Below, piece by piece: positions 1-13,856 of a stretch of 64,000 bases of DNA. Position numbers and translations under genes: made by a program. Below the pieces are notes generated by a model that saw only the letters and a list, made by a program, of their open reading frames with translations, was not told where the DNA came from and made no database searches. Where the stretch lies: positions 17,856,001 through 17,920,000 of the forward strand of contig NC_042997.1 of NCBI RefSeq assembly GCF_006345805.1, in the 5' to 3' direction. The first letter of the stretch is position 1. Each line of letters begins with the position of its first letter. This stretch comes from Octopus sinensis (taxonomy: Eukaryota).

Positions 1-59
1 AGGCAAATCTTTCTCAAATCCAAACTTAATTTCCTCAAAAAAAAAAAAAAGGATGGATA

Positions 60-3000
60 CATTAGAGAATATAGTCCAAGATGTTCAGAAATTGGGATGG
101 TCTCTATTGGAGTGTATTTGCTTGATTATGTTGACCTGTGTCTAAACAGAACAACAACAGTTGTCATATTATTAAATGAGCCAATGATGGAAATTCTATG
201 TGGTTGCTTAACTTAAAAGAAATAGCAGTCTCTCAAAGCTAACACTACAATCTTAAAAACATTAAATGATTGAATCCTAAAAAATTATGTCTGGGAAAAC
301 ATATAGTTCGCATAAATGGGACCACTTTGATCATAGGTTTGTTCATTCAAGACAAACCTGGTGAAAAACAAAACTCATTATTTGAAATTTCAGGTCCAGA
401 AATATTCAATTCGAGCAACTCCATCTCTTCCTCAAATTTGAAGAAGTGGTAGTGTTGATTGAATTAACTACAATACTTTATGGCATTTTATTTTATTGAT
501 TTTTGGCTTTGAAATGATAAAAAAGTAGAAGTGAACCTAGGCAAGATTTGAACTTATAATATAAGAAAAAATATGAAAGAATATCGATTGCAAATTTTAG
601 CCCAAGGCCAGCAATTTTGAGGGAGGGGATAATTTGATTTCATTGACCCCAGTGTTCAACTGGTACTTATTTTATTAGTCCCAAAAGGGATGAAAGATAA
701 AACTGACCCTGGCAACATTTGAACTCAGAAGGTAAAGTCAGAAGAAATGCAGCTAAGCCTTTTTCTGGCATGGTAATGATTCTGCCAGCTTACCATCAAA
801 GAATATTAATTGATGTTAGTATTTTTACAAGACATCATTTTCTTTTAGATTCGATCAGCTTACATAAATATGCCAGTCTATAACAAATTCACTTTCAGTC
901 ATCTTCCAGAATCTTAAATGTGTTGTATAATGCTATGAAAACAAGAAAATTACTAATATCAAAGATTGATTCCAAAACCTTTAATGCAGATCAATGTAAT
1001 TTTCTATTTAGTGCAATTGATAAGTGTTGATCTTTGAACATACTTGCCTCCTAGAGACATTTCTGATAAATAAAACGGCTTCTTATGAGACAGGATATAA
1101 GAGGTAATGTGATATTTCCTTATATTCAAGTTCAACTTGGGAAACCTCTCAAATTAAATCTTTATCCTGTTATTCAGTTCAGATCTCTGAATTTACTTTT
1201 GTAGAGATTCTTTGTTGATAAAACAGGAGACTTTTGATGAAATGCTTACTGGCAATTGTTTATTAATGGAAAGTTGTTCCATAAAACTACTGGTTGACTT
1301 GCTGCTTTTTTCAGGATAACTAGATTTAATTTCCCTTGGTAATGGCTTCTGTTTGCTGGTGGGCCACAAACTCAATGTCCTGATTACTTGATTAAGTTCA
1401 TCGTTTATTCTAGTATATTACAAGTAATTATTTTATCAATACAAGATGGAGTAATGGCTGTGATAACATTGATTGGATTCAAACACTGAACTGTTGATTT
1501 TCTATTGCTGTTGCTTAGCTTCAGGTTAACCCTCCAGGACCATCCTGTTATTCTTTTTATGGATATCTATGACTAAATGACTATATTATCAAATGTTGCC
1601 ATTCTCTTTCTCACGACAATATGGTATAATTTCAGCAAGAGTTTACTGTTCGAACATGTTCTGTGACTAAGTAAAGTCTCACTCACTGGCCTGTCTTTTA
1701 TAAAAACTTTCAGCATGTATCCATTATCCACTTGCATAAAACTAAATCATGTAACAGCAATAAACCTTCTATAATCTCATTTATATTCAAACCCTCCAGT
1801 AGAGTCAATTGCACATTGTGATTAAAGAAAAATCTTTGTTTGAAATTTTAAATCCTTGATAAAAAGTTTAACCACTCCCTTTTAATTTGCTGTCAAACAA
1901 TTGTATTTTCTCTTTTCAAGATGGGATCATAACAATTCTGTCTTGGAATAAAGAAAGAAATGAATAAAATAAGGGCAGAGAGCACTGTTTACTTTCACCA
2001 TAGACAATATTTATAATGTTGATAGTATTATAAATGCAGCCAATTCATTTAAAGTGTAAAGGTGCTGGAAAGATATCCAACTATAAAAAAATGTCCTAAA
2101 AAATATATGGTATACATAAAAGAGTTGACTCATTTTTGTACTGTTGTTGTATGTTTGTGTGTGATAGATGATGAAGAACAGTAAGGATTGGCAAGATGCT
2201 GTGAAACTTATTTCATCCATGTTGGTATAGAGAAAAAGATGAATTCATAGTGAAAAATAATAATATGTTAAAGTTTTTAAGGAATGAAAAAAAATGTCTG
2301 CAAACTTTGTCAAAATGGATTAAGTTTGAATGGAAATAGCTTACTTTTCAGTCACTCAACCTTATAGATAAGATAGCATAGGATCAAGTTAAAATAAAAG
2401 GAACTTTGTTAAATATGTGTGGAAAAATTTTTTCCTTTGAGCAAGACAGAAACTACAAGACTATTTGTATCAGTTTTGGTTCACCTCAAAACAGGCAGAC
2501 ATAATTCAAATACTTGTGCTCCAACATTTGGGCCAAAATGTTAAAAGTTCAGGTTAATCAACAACGATATTGATGCTTGATGGAAATGTTCTCATTTGGC
2601 AAAGAAGATATGTAGATGTTAGTGTTGTTGTTGTCATATCAGTGGAGGGATAATGAGGGACAATATGTGGTTAGGATAAGTCAGAATGAACTTACTAGGC
2701 TTAATGACACTTGGAAGTCACATGGAGCACTATCCATTGCAGATGTAGAAATAAAGAGCACAAGACATGTGGTGAAGGGCAAAATGACATTCCACTACAC
2801 TTATGGAAGTAAAGTTTATTTAAGGGCTTTTCCCCAATGAATTGGAAAATAAAAATAATTTTAATGGAGAAGAACAGAGACAGCAACTAGTGCAGCAGAT
2901 TCCTATCTTCAGTTGAGAGAGATCTCTTTGCCTCAGTGCAAGGAGGTAACCAGGTGGCAGAAGGACTCCTTCTTGGGTCATGTTTAGTGGAGACAGTGAG

Positions 3001-3170
3001 AGGTGGAGAGTATTTGGCAAATCAACAGCAGCCAGCAAGCAGTATTGATTTTAGCTCCACACGGCACAAGATTATTCATCTTGTCCTTAGTCCCAGAGAC
3101 AGATAAGGGAGGATCTTTCTCTCCCCTAACTATTGTACCATCCCACTGGAAGCTGGTGAGGTATTGAAAA
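60..3170 (-). mobile_element. Ancient, heavily decayed CR1/Jockey-group LINE relic (endonuclease, RT and C-terminal remnants)
   Basis: Minus-strand patches fall in the expected order: FIIYHTQTYNN..SQLF (linker, ~2150), LPVSISSKVSCFINKE (cf. RPISLLSIISKV, ~1250), IFM*AD (cf. IYADD, ~860), KPMIK (cf. YKSMIRP, ~340). Many stops and frameshifts; recognised by eye. Confidence 0.4.
600..795 (-). mobile_element. tRNA-derived SINE with Meta/MESC-like core
   Basis: Reverse complement carries a B-box (TTCTGAGTTCAAAT) and the core ctttcatcccttttgggactaataaaataagtaccagttg. About ten similar copies occur in the window. Confidence 0.8.
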
Positions 3171-4479
3171 TTACTGGAAAAAGAAAGTAGAAGAAAATAT
3201 AGCTGAAAAGAAAGGGGGAACTTGATCTAATGGCATGTAAAATACAGCAAGTATATTATAAGAATGGCATGAAATTCATGGCTGTTCAAAAGATAAACAA
3301 ATAATTTGTGAACAAATTAACACATATGTGGTACAAATGATATAGTCTTGATCTACTAATTACTAAAGATTGAATAGAGTCAGATTAAAAGAGACATGTC
3401 AGTGAAAGAAGTTTAGTAAAAATAATATCAGTATATTAACATGAGTTAAAGAAGGAGGGCATAGAAAAGAAAACAGAGAAGGAGGACATACTGCCATGTA
3501 GTCAGCAAGTGTTCTCATGTAAGACAGACAACATAGAGAAATAAAGAGTATTTTATGTTAGTTATTAAAGTCAATGAAGCTTATCTTCTGATATTATGAG
3601 AAATGTCTGCAAATGAGACATATGTTAGCATTAAGGTCTTAATGTCTTAAAGAGGTTGCCCAACTACTCACCTGAATCTAACAATAATCCCCATACAGTT
3701 TAATGATTCATACATCAGTCATATTTATATGGTCTTAGACAGGAATATTCTCAGTTTATCAGAATGAGATGCTTGTGATATAATTTTGAGAACAGCATTC
3801 TTGGAATGTGTAGCTGGTAGCTTCGTGTAATATATGCATATGTATTTACATACATGGGTTATATCAAAGAACATGTATAAACACACATGCACACACTCTC
3901 TCTCATGCACACTCTCCCTCTCATGCACACTCCATCTCTCTCACACAAACTCACACACACACACACACACACACACATTATGCATATTGGGTTGATATGG
4001 ACTTCAAGTTTCACCTGTAGCAGTTTATTCAAATAGGAAACTTGAAGTTCCTATCAAGTGTCTCATCCCTTGCAAAGGATATTAATGAGCCCTTTTGGGT
4101 ATGCAAAATGCCAATGTGAACAGTGGCAGATGTGCTTAGATGTGTGAAGCTTTAATCTGACCTAAATGGTAAGTTCTTACCCATGTGTAGATAGTAACCC
4201 TGAATATTTCAATATGTATTTTTGAAATAAAATTTTGTTTTATTTACAATGTTTTCTTGGTGGAATATTTATTGCATGTCTATTTTTATACAAATTTTTT
4301 ATGTTTCATTTGTATAGCATTCTTGACTCCCACCTTCGATTTTATATATACTTGTTTTGTTCACCTCCACACATTCTTGTAACACCATTGATTTTAACAT
4401 CTTGTGTAATGGTGTGTATGAATGAATTTGAATCTAACTGGTTAAAGGCACAAGTGTGGCTATAGATGCAGGTATGATT

Positions 4480-5090
4480 GTAGCTGCAGACATGGCTGCA
4501 TATTTAAGATATCTGCTTCCCAACCACATGGTTTTGGTTTCAGTTCTACTGCATGGCATCTTAGGTATGTCGAAACCTTTTTTAGTGGATGGTAAATGGA
4601 AAATGAAAGCCCATCACACATGTATATATACAAGGGGATGCTGAAAAGTTCCTGGTTTTGTGTAAAAGAAAATACAGGCGGATCAGTTAATCATGATTTT
4701 ATTCAACATTTTCCCTTATTCACACACTTATTGTAGTGGTCCTCCAGTTTCTTTAAGCTTTGTCAAAGAACTTGGATGGTTGGGTCTCCATCTAGGCCTT
4801 TCATGAAACCCTTAAAGCCAAGAACTCTTCAGCACCCTCTCATACACATGTGCTTCTTTGTATTTTCTCATCTTGACATTGTATGACAGTGGTAAGTAAG
4901 TGTTCCCATAATACAAACAGCGTCTTTCATGTCCACTTGTCTATGAAAACATGTCAAGTCATGAGGAAATATTACCTTGCTTGGAAACAAGTGAAGGTTG
5001 GTGACAGAAGGACAACTGAAAACTTACCTCAGTGAATTCTGCTTAACCCATGCAAGCATGGAAAAGTGGATGTTTAAACGATGATGCTTA
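4480..5090 (+). mobile_element. CORE-type SINE with RTE-like 3' tail, interrupted by a MITE
   Basis: Head cccaaccacatggttttggtttcagttc matches the 51961 copy. Tail ...catggaaaagtggatgtttaaacgatgatg matches the RTE-family-2 3' end at 50530-50575. Confidence 0.6.
4631..4842. mobile_element. Mariner-type MITE
   Basis: TA-flanked TIRs CAAGGGGATGCTGAAAAGTTCCTGG / CCAAGAACTCTTCAGCACCCTCTCA, similar to the TIR of the 17559-19495 mariner. Confidence 0.8.
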
Positions 5091-5114
5091 TAACAAAGAT
5101 GATGTTTACTCTAG

Positions 5115-5905
5115 TTAATGCTTAGTAGCATTTCTTGTGGCTCATTATGTTTTGAGCTCAAATTCCACCTAGTCAATGTTGCCTTTTATACTTTGGGGGA
5201 TCAATAAAATAAGTACCACTTAAGCACTGGGAGCAATGCTATTTACAAATCGCCTTCCATTAAAATTGCTGGCCACATGCAGAATTTGAAACAACAATTA
5301 CTATTATCATTATTATTATTATCATTATTATCATTATTGTTAAGGTGATGAGCTGATAGAATTGTTAAGTATGCCGGACAAAATGCTTAGGGGTATTGCA
5401 GCTGTCCTTATGTTCTTAGTTCAAATTCTGCTGAGGTCAACTAACCTCCTCCTCCAAAATTTCAGGCCTAGAAAGGATTATTACTATTAACGTTATTATT
5501 ATTAAAACTGTGAACTAATAAAATCATTACCATGATGGGAAAAATGCTTAGCAGCTTTTCATCTGTCTTTATGTTATGAGTTCAAATGCCACCAAGATCA
5601 ATTTACCTTTCATCCTTTCAGGGTCGGTAAAATAAATACCAGTTGAGTACTGAGGTTCATGTAATCGACTTACTCCCTCCCCTGAAATTTCTGGCCTTAT
5701 GCCAAGATTTGAATCTACCATTATTATTATTAAGATGTGGTGAATTGGCCAAATCATTAGAGTATTGTAGAAAATGCTCTGTGGTATTTGTTCTAGCACT
5801 ATGTCTTGAGTTCAAATACTGTTGATGTCAACTTTATCGTTCATCCTTTGAGTATTGATAAAATACAGACCCATTCAAGTGCTGGGGTTGATGAAACGAA
5901 CTAAC
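5115..5905 (+). mobile_element. Four head-to-tail Meta-core SINE copies with (TTA)n linkers
   Basis: Repeated tgagttcaaat...tttcatcctt...ataaaataa units starting near 5115, 5342, 5505 and 5735. Confidence 0.8.
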
Positions 5906-6686
5906 ACCTTCCTTATGCCTAAATTATAAATTATTATCAATATAGGACTTTATGGAAACAAGACCTGCTATTATGTATTTTTGCCTGGAATAAACATTTG
6001 TGCATATTTTTTGACTGGCACGTGTGAGAGGTCCACTGCACGAATTCTGACTCTGAATTGATATCAGAGGAGGGCAGCTGAAATAAGTGCAAAGACCTTG
6101 GGTCATTTAGCTTTCTTGAGAGCCTTTGGTTGTAATTGCTTTGTATAAAAATGTTTCATATATATGTATGAAGCTCCTGTGACTAATAAAGAATGTATTT
6201 TATTGTTATCATGTTTTCAGTAGTTTCAGGTGAATTATTATTGCACCATCAGGTGCATGTGTGCTGCATTGCTTTTTTTACAGTATAAAATTATATTAGT
6301 ATGTTACATAAATTGTATTTTGTTTCCAGTGTTGTGTTAGTGTTTAGTTTGTTTGTGATAATGCAGCACAATATAAGTTGTGTAGCATGATCACTGTTTC
6401 ATAAGTGCTATGTAAGTTGTACTTTGCATCACAGGGTATATACTATGTGATATAGTACATGTATGCTGTGTCAATTGTATTATATTATAATAAAGTGTTG
6501 GGTGGTAGTTGTGTAGAGTATATTCCATGTGAGGTGGGTTATATTTACGGGTGGCAGTTTGTATAGAATTATGATTTTTAAGAGTTGATGGTGGAGTGTG
6601 AGTTGTATAATAGTATTGATTGGTGATTATTTAAAAGGATGTGTAGTGTGAGTTGTGTAATTTCATAGGGTGATGGTTGTGTAAAT

Positions 6687-6936
6687 CAGTGTTCTCAACA
6701 AGGGTCTTTATGACCCTTGGGTATCCATATATAAGATTATTTTTTGTTAAAATTCATGTGTAGTGAATTGCTTACACTTTTCCAGTACACCAAATATCTT
6801 AATAATTTTTAAAGCAATTCATATTATTTAATTCTAAATGTATAATGAGATTTTTTTAAACATTAAATGGCTATGAGGGCTACCCAAGTAAAATTGGAAT
6901 CAAAGAGGTCCATAGAAAATAGCTGAGTATGCATTG
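6687..6936. mobile_element. hAT/Charlie-like MITE (degenerate)
   Basis: Begins CAGTGTTCTCAAC, a Charlie-type TIR; the right TIR is decayed (gctgagtatgcattg). Confidence 0.45.
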
Positions 6937-6939
6937 TGT

Positions 6940-7850
6940 GAATTATGCTATAAAACTGAAAGTGTCTTTCATAAGATATAGGCTGTATCTGGAAGAGATA
7001 TTTATTGTACTGTATCAGTTAGCCCTAGTATTGTTGCTCATGATTTTCTATATTATACTGTATGCTGGAATTATTATTGGTTATGTTTTTACTTTCATAC
7101 CCTATTTCTCTCTAAATTCTATTTCAATATCTTTGTATTTTGATAGTTTTGGTCAGAAGAGATTAAAATATCTGTAAGTGTACACACAGGGATTTCCATT
7201 CCGGTCTTTGATTATAAAATCTGGATGATTAACCTTGATTTTCATATCACAGATTATTATGGCAGGTCGTTGTCATATACTGCTTGATACATATTCACAT
7301 CACTTCTCAGTTTTTACATTAAAGTGTGGTATATTGCTTAATGGACATAATTACTGACTCAGTTATGTCTGCAGATGTACTTGAACTTAGAAAAGAATAG
7401 ACAACAAAAAATGATAAGGTCTGTTGTCTCATTGTACTAGCTGCATAATTTACACTTGATATTAAGCTTCTTGCTTCATTATTTTGTTATTATAATTTTT
7501 TCTGTGAATAGGCATCAATTCTGTGCAGCTGAGATAAGATTTCTTTTCTGCTCTTAGTTCAGACCTTTTGAGCCATTGTTGGCTTTTACTTTGGCTTGCT
7601 TTCTATCTGTCAAGTCTAGAATGGCTTTTCTCTGCATTGCTTTTTTAGTATATTTTTTAATTCTAATTCACTTTGTTTTTTTTTGTTTTTTTTTTGATTT
7701 TTAAAAATATTTTCTGTTATTTTGTCCTTATCTAAATATTTTTCTTTGGTGAAGTTATCATATAATCTGTAACTTATTGTTTCCTTACACATAGATATTA
7801 AAAATGATAGCAGTGAATACAATGATGGCAGTGTTGGGAATTAATAAAAA
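6940..7850 (-). mobile_element. R4/Dong-clade LINE 3' relic (CCHC finger and restriction-like endonuclease)
   Basis: Minus strand reads CKLCS*YNETTDLI...RHN*VSNYVH...KVNHPDFIIKD...LSKYKDIEIEF...GMKVKT*PIII, the typical R4/Dong C-terminus. Confidence 0.7.
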
Positions 7851-7859
7851 AAGAATAAA

Positions 7860-7990
7860 GAAATCATCATTGTCATCATTGATATTGTCATCATTGTCAT
7901 CATTGTCAGCCTTGTCATCATCATCATAATTGTCATCATCATAATTGTCATCATCATCATCATCATCGTCGTCGTCATTGTCAGTATTAG
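7860..7990. repeat. Imperfect (CAT)n microsatellite
   Basis: Direct inspection. Confidence 0.95.
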
Positions 7991-8699
7991 TACTATTGTT
8001 ATTATTAGCATACTGGTGATATGATGATGAATGATATTGCTTTTGTTTTCCTTATCACCCTTACCCCTTAATACCAAAAGAGAAATCCAAATATATAATA
8101 TTTTTAACATGAAACATTAACTTAACAAATCAAGAAATTGAATATCATTCTGTAAGATGTTATATTTTATTGCTATTTTTAAATATTTGAAGTTGCTGCA
8201 AATAGAAATCAATAGAAAGAGATAAAGTAGGGTAACAGGCCAGTTGTAAAGGGTAGAAAGAAATTCAAAGAAAAAAAAAAAAAAAAAAATCAATCACACT
8301 GCAGCTTGGTCTAAATCTGCATTGTGGTTGATAGCTGAAGGCATTCAGAGGACAGTTAAGACAGGAAGATTACTTTTCATCTTATGGTTTCCTTTGAATT
8401 AATAAGTTTCCAGATTATTTGGCTTCATTTGTTTGGGAATTACAGTTTTGATTGTCCAGTAACTTTAATAGAGAGAGATCGACATTAGCTTTGACTTGAT
8501 CAGTCTAAGACTTTCATATCTTTGACTGCATCAATACTGGTAGACAATATTTACAATAGATTAAAGAAAGCTAACTTTTTTAAGTTTGTAAATTACAATT
8601 ACAATATTATTAAAAATCATATTACTTACACCAGGATTACATAACAGAAAGCTCAAAAAGTTTCATACTTATTACTTTTGCACAAGTATTTCATTGTAT

Positions 8700-9350
8700 T
8701 CTTGGAATTACTTGCTTAGACTTGAGCATAAGAAGGGATGAGTGCTACTATGGTATTTTAATGAAAATTATATAAGCCTTGTCATAAGTATCCTCTCCTA
8801 GATGCATATAATCAATTAAGGGAAAATGTTTATGGGTTTTCTTTAAAAAAACCAATTGAAATTACAGGTCACATGACTGACAATATCTTATTTTCAGTTC
8901 AACAAATTCTGGATAGATATCAATTCAAAGAAATAAATCCTTTGCTTGTTGAGTAATGGAATATCTAATAATTTCTTTATTCCAATCCTCGAAATTCACT
9001 ACAAAGAGTACATTGATAAAAGCAATAATGTAACTGTCAACAGAAGAGATTATATATGGTATTAGCCACTTCAAATTCTTTGAGACTGATCATTGAAATA
9101 TCAATTATAGAATCTATAAGACTCACACCATGAAGGAAATATTTGGGATGTTAAAATGCATGAGAGTTATGTTTAAGAACTGAGTTGTATAAACCATTAG
9201 TAACACAGATTATGAAACCAAAATCAATGTAAGTTGTCTATGTGTTGTGGAAATAACTTAGTGACCTGAAAGCTTGTGGAAAATATACAAGTGATCTATT
9301 AGTTTTAAAAGACATACTTTATAATTAATTGAAGAATACTCAGAATAACT
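8700..9350 (+). mobile_element. Ancient RTE-like reverse transcriptase relic
   Basis: GF...MTDNILFSVQQILDRY...LLVE*WNI**FLYSNPRNSL resembles RTE RT GF...TTDQIFTLRQILEK...FIDxxKAFDSIPR. Confidence 0.45.
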
Positions 9351-9439
9351 CAAGAACAATGAATCCTTATTACAAAGAGTTTAAGGAAATCTGATAGATT
9401 TAACACATTCACACCTATGCATACATGGATATATACATG

Positions 9440-12400
9440 ATAACCATCCACTTATGACTGAGGAAGACCATTGCTGACCTTCAGGAACATTGTGCACTCT
9501 AGGACTAACTTATATTTTGCATCTGCAGCTCCATTAGTGGCTAATGAGCCCTGATCTTGACAAGTATGCACAACTGTAAACATTGCAGACCAAGCTTTCC
9601 TCATTCACTACACCAACAGTGTGCTTTTGAGCAGCTCATTTAAGTTCTTCATGCAGAATATGTGCTCTCTCAAAAGTGTCGACCCCCTTCCTTAACTTAC
9701 TTCCTCCATCTGTGGTGATGACAGGCATTGTTCTCCCAGTAAGTCTCCTGCATATCACAGGCCTTTAATGAGGACTTGATACAGTCCTTAAATCACAGCC
9801 TTAGTTTCTGCCAGGGTCTCTTTCCATTTACAAGTTCCCCATATAGCATATGCTTAGGGATCCTGCTATCCTTCATTCTAATAAGGTGCCCAGTCCAATG
9901 TAACCGGTGCATGTGCACCATAGCCTCAATACTCGAGATATCAGCTGTCCTCAGGACTTGTGTGTCTGAAGTTTTTAAGGTTCAGCCAACATTCAGAATG
10001 TGTCTGAGACATCTCTTATGAAAGCATTCAAGGACCTTTACATGACGCTTGTAAAGGGTCCATGTCTCACATGAGTAAAGGAGTGATGTCAGTACACATG
10101 CATGGTACACAGCATTTTCTTTTTTGCTCTGTGATGCCATGCTGGGACCAGATATGAGACTGAAGAGACCGGAAGGAATCAGTTGCTCTCTGCAGCCTGA
10201 AAGATATTTCATCATCAAGGGAGCAAGAATGGCTGAGTGTGCTGTCAAGGTAGACAAAGTGTCTACCACTTTCAGAATTGTTCCTTCAACCAAGATAGCT
10301 GGTTCCACATATGAATTTCCTGGTGCAGGCTGGAACATTACAATGCCTTGCAAGAAGCAGATATACGATACATAAGTATTTGCTTGTCATCCACTATGAG
10401 TGACTAAGTCACAGTCATCTGCTTAAAGGAGGTCATGAATAAGAGACTGGAAAACTTTTGAATTGGCAGGAAATCAGTGCAGATTAAAGAGACGGACAGA
10501 AGTTTGATATCTGAGACATATTCCCAGAGAGCTAACCTTAGCAAAAGCATAAGTAAAAGCAGCAGCAAAGTACAAAGAAAAGAGAGTTGGGGCAAAGATG
10601 TCACCTTTGCTTGACACCATTCTCTACAGGAATGAGTCCCATCATGCCACCACCAACATTGACCCAAGCCTCTGTCCCATTGCGAAATGATTTCATTATA
10701 GATACAAAGTAATCTGGACATCCAAGTTTGCCAAGTATTTTCCATAGCAAGGCTCTATTCACAGTATCAAAAACCTTCTGTAAATCAATGAATACCTGGA
10801 TAAGATCGATATTCTCCTCATAGCACTTCCCCTGCATCTGTATTGCTGTGAAAATCATATCCATTGTCCCTCTACCAGATCAGAAGCCATAATACGATTC
10901 AGATAGGACATCATTTACAAGATACCTATTCAAGCGGGTAAGAAGAATTTTTGCCAGAACCTTGCTAGCAGCTGATAGTAGTGCAATACCTCTGTAATTA
11001 TCATACATTGTTCTGGCTCCTTTTCCTTTATAGAGAGGAAGAATAAGTGCATCCTTCCAGTCATTAGGCATTGCACCATCCCTCCCGACTGCACAAATAA
11101 GTTTATGAAGGGACTGTATGATGTATCACCACCAAATCTCAAGACCTCAACACAAATTCCATCCTTTCCAGGTGCCCTACCAAGATTCAATTTACTTATT
11201 GATGTTATTACTGCATCTATTGAGGGCATAGAATTTAAGGAGCCAATGATAGGTCTTTGTGGCACAGCATCGTAAATAGAGTGGAAGACTCTTTGGAAAG
11301 CAAAGGAGCTGGTGTGGAGCTCTTAAGCCCATAAACTCGCTTCATAAGATGGTAAAGCTTCTTGCTGTCATTTGCATTAGCAGCAGCCTGAACATCATGA
11401 GCAAGATCCTCCCACCAAGTGTTCTGCATCTTCCTGAGAGATCGTTGCAGTAGTGATTTTACTCTGCTATAGTTGGCAAGTGCTAGATTTTGCATGGTGC
11501 TTTACAACCAATAGTCACTGAATATCAGTATCATTTTCATCAAACCAGTCTCTGCATCTGGCAGTAGCATATCCCAGTGTTTCAGCAGCACATTGAAGAA
11601 CCTGGTCTCAAAAATCTTCCCATGCTGCAGTATTTTCAATGCTGGACAAGCAAGTCTGAAGCGCTTTCCTTAATACAGCATCATATATCTTGTGGACATT
11701 CAGATGCTAGGAATACTGACAAGCCCTCTTCTCTCTTTCACTTTAATCATCATCCAGACTATGGTCTGTCCAGCATTCCAATCCATGAAAGGACTTGACA
11801 TTACAAATGTCATAGATGTCACGCTTGTGGATGATGACATAATCCAGCAAGTGCCAAACTTTAGACCCTGTTGTGTGTTCACCTTTGTGCATAAAATGAG
11901 TGCTTGTGATGTAAAGTTCATGTTCATCGCAAAGCTCCAGTAGCATGAGACCACTGCTATTCATTTTCCCTACTCCAAAACGTCCTAGAGAGTTTCATGT
12001 TTGCCAGTCTGTTCCAACTTTGGCATTGAAATCCCCCAGTAGAATGACTTTATCAGAATTGGGGATTTTCCTAAGTATGGTTCTCAGCTGGGTAAAAAAA
12101 TAGTTTTATCTTCATCACAGCTAGTCAAAGTAGGTGCATAAGAACTTATTAGAGCAGCAAACTGCCCACCTTTCAGGTGCAATTGTAGAGTCATTAGACG
12201 TTCATTTATGGGAACAGGAAGCTCCTCCAACTTCTAAAGGATATCAGATTGAACTGCAAAGCCAACACCAGCTTCTCTGCGTCCCTGCTTCTGCCTCCCC
12301 TTCCAAAAAAAGGTGTATCCACCTCTTACTTCCTCAAGCTCACCATCACCTTCTATTTGAAAGTGCAGCTTTGATTGTGCAGCTTTGAAAGTGCAGCTAT

Positions 12401-12838
12401 ATCAATGTTATAACAATCCAGCTCATGAGCAACAAGCGCAATGCATCTTTCAGGCCTACAATCACTTTTCTTATCCAACAGACTGTGCACTTTCCAACAT
12501 GAAATGTTCAAGTTCTATCCAGATTTTGTAAATAAAAGTCTCTTTATTTTTCAAGCGTAGGGTGGACATCCATCAGTCATGCTAAACTGAACAGATATAG
12601 AAAGACAGGCAATTTTTGGTTCACCTTTTCTAGAACCTCTCCAGCCTCCAGGTGAGCACTGCCCTCTCCAATTGGAGCTGCTCAGAGACCCATGCAGCAA
12701 CCAAATCCAACCACTGTCTTGGGTGATAAGATGACTTTATATCTAGCATGGGCCACCTACGTGCAGGTCACTGACTACATGCTTCCAACCCGTCAGGTCT
12801 GCATGCTTCACCACCTTCCCATCACCGCAGGACTTCCG
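9440..12838 (-). mobile_element. Near-full-length, frameshifted RTE-clade (BovB-like) LINE: APE endonuclease plus RT
   Basis: ORF fragments WHLLDYVI..ECWTDH, DWFDEND, GRAPGKDGI, WKDALILPLYKGKG..DNYRGIALLS, FIDLQKVFDTVNR, GVKQ, LLYSCETW in the correct order; 5' UTR extends to ~12838. Confidence 0.92.
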
Positions 12839-12967
12839 AATAAAAAATAAAATAAAAATATGCTAAAAATATATAAATATATGCTAAAAATAAAGATACA
12901 TATATACTAAACATAAAATAAATATACATAGGGGGAAACAAGCACATATATACATACATATATACAT

Positions 12968-13162
12968 ATATTAATCGAAGTGTACAGCATTATATATCCA
13001 TTATCACTGATCTTATCAATCGGTTTTGCACTAGGGGTTCAATGGAGTGTTAGGTAATAATCTGATAAGTAACTCCACACCTTTCCGTTGAACCTCTAGC
13101 GCAAAACTGATTGGTAAGATCGGTTGTAATGGATATATAATACTGCACATTTCAATTAATAT
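12968..13162. mobile_element. MITE with ~80-bp imperfect TIRs
   Basis: Arms atattaatcgaagtg...ttcaatgga and tccgttgaa...catttcaattaatat are reverse complements with scattered mismatches. Confidence 0.75.
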
Positions 13163-13495
13163 GCCCACTCTACTGACAGATATACAAGTGCAGTTTTTTC
13201 TGACTTATGAACTCTTAGACAGCTTACACACATGCACACACACACACACACATATACGTGTTTGTTTATGTATGTGTGTGTGTGTGTTTGTCTCCTTCTT
13301 TTAATATCCTGTGATTGTTGTAAACAAGCATCATTGAAACAAGTGGTATCACTAGTTTCTAGTGTTCTGTGAATATACTTTCAGGGGAAATATAACCTTG
13401 CTTGGAAACAATCAAGGGCTGGTGAATGAAGAGCAACTGGTCATAAAAAAATCTGCCTTAAATTCTGTCTGACCAATGTGTGTACAGAAAAGATG

Positions 13496-13526
<31 letters not shown>

Positions 13527-13538
13527 ATATATATATAT

Positions 13539-13856
13539 GAATGACCATGGGATTGCACCAAGAAAGTTACTCTCCGAGGTACAAGTCCGGGCAAGATTGT
13601 TTATGGAAGACCAGCAGTCACCCATGCATACCAGCCTCCCCTCTCCACACCACTGATGTAATCCAAGGGAAAGGCAAAGGCTGATACAGTTTGGCACCAG
13701 TGATGTCGCAACTCATTTCTACAGCTGAGTTAACTGGAGTAACGTGAAATAAAGTGTCTTGCTCAAGAACACAACACACAGCCCGGTCCGGGAATCAAAC
13801 TCACAACCTCACGTTTGTAAGCTTCATGCTCTAACCACTGAGCGATGCACCTTCAC
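13539..13856 (-). mobile_element. Full-length tRNA-derived CORE-type SINE
   Basis: Minus strand: A-box (gctcagtggttagagc), B-box (gagtttgattccc), core ttcttgagcaagacac...ctcagctgtagaaatgag. Confidence 0.85.

Noticed and set aside
1193-1410. Minus-strand ORF or exon candidate
   Set aside because: It fits the RPISLLS..SKV region of a decayed CR1-like RT.
4021-4169. Exon with a strong donor ending TAA-ATG|GTAAGT
   Set aside because: Stops occur in all frames. It could be a 5' UTR or start exon, but no compatible downstream exon survived scrutiny.
6929-7177. Hydrophobic ORF and a 27-nt microexon candidate (7147-7173, FGQKRLKY)
   Set aside because: Both are the antisense of an R4/Dong endonuclease relic on the minus strand.
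8898-8952. Exon candidate QQILDRYQFKEINPLLVE with a good acceptor
   Set aside because: The surrounding frame matches RTE RT motifs (TDNI..VQQILDRY), so it is better explained as a LINE relic. Exonisation cannot be excluded.
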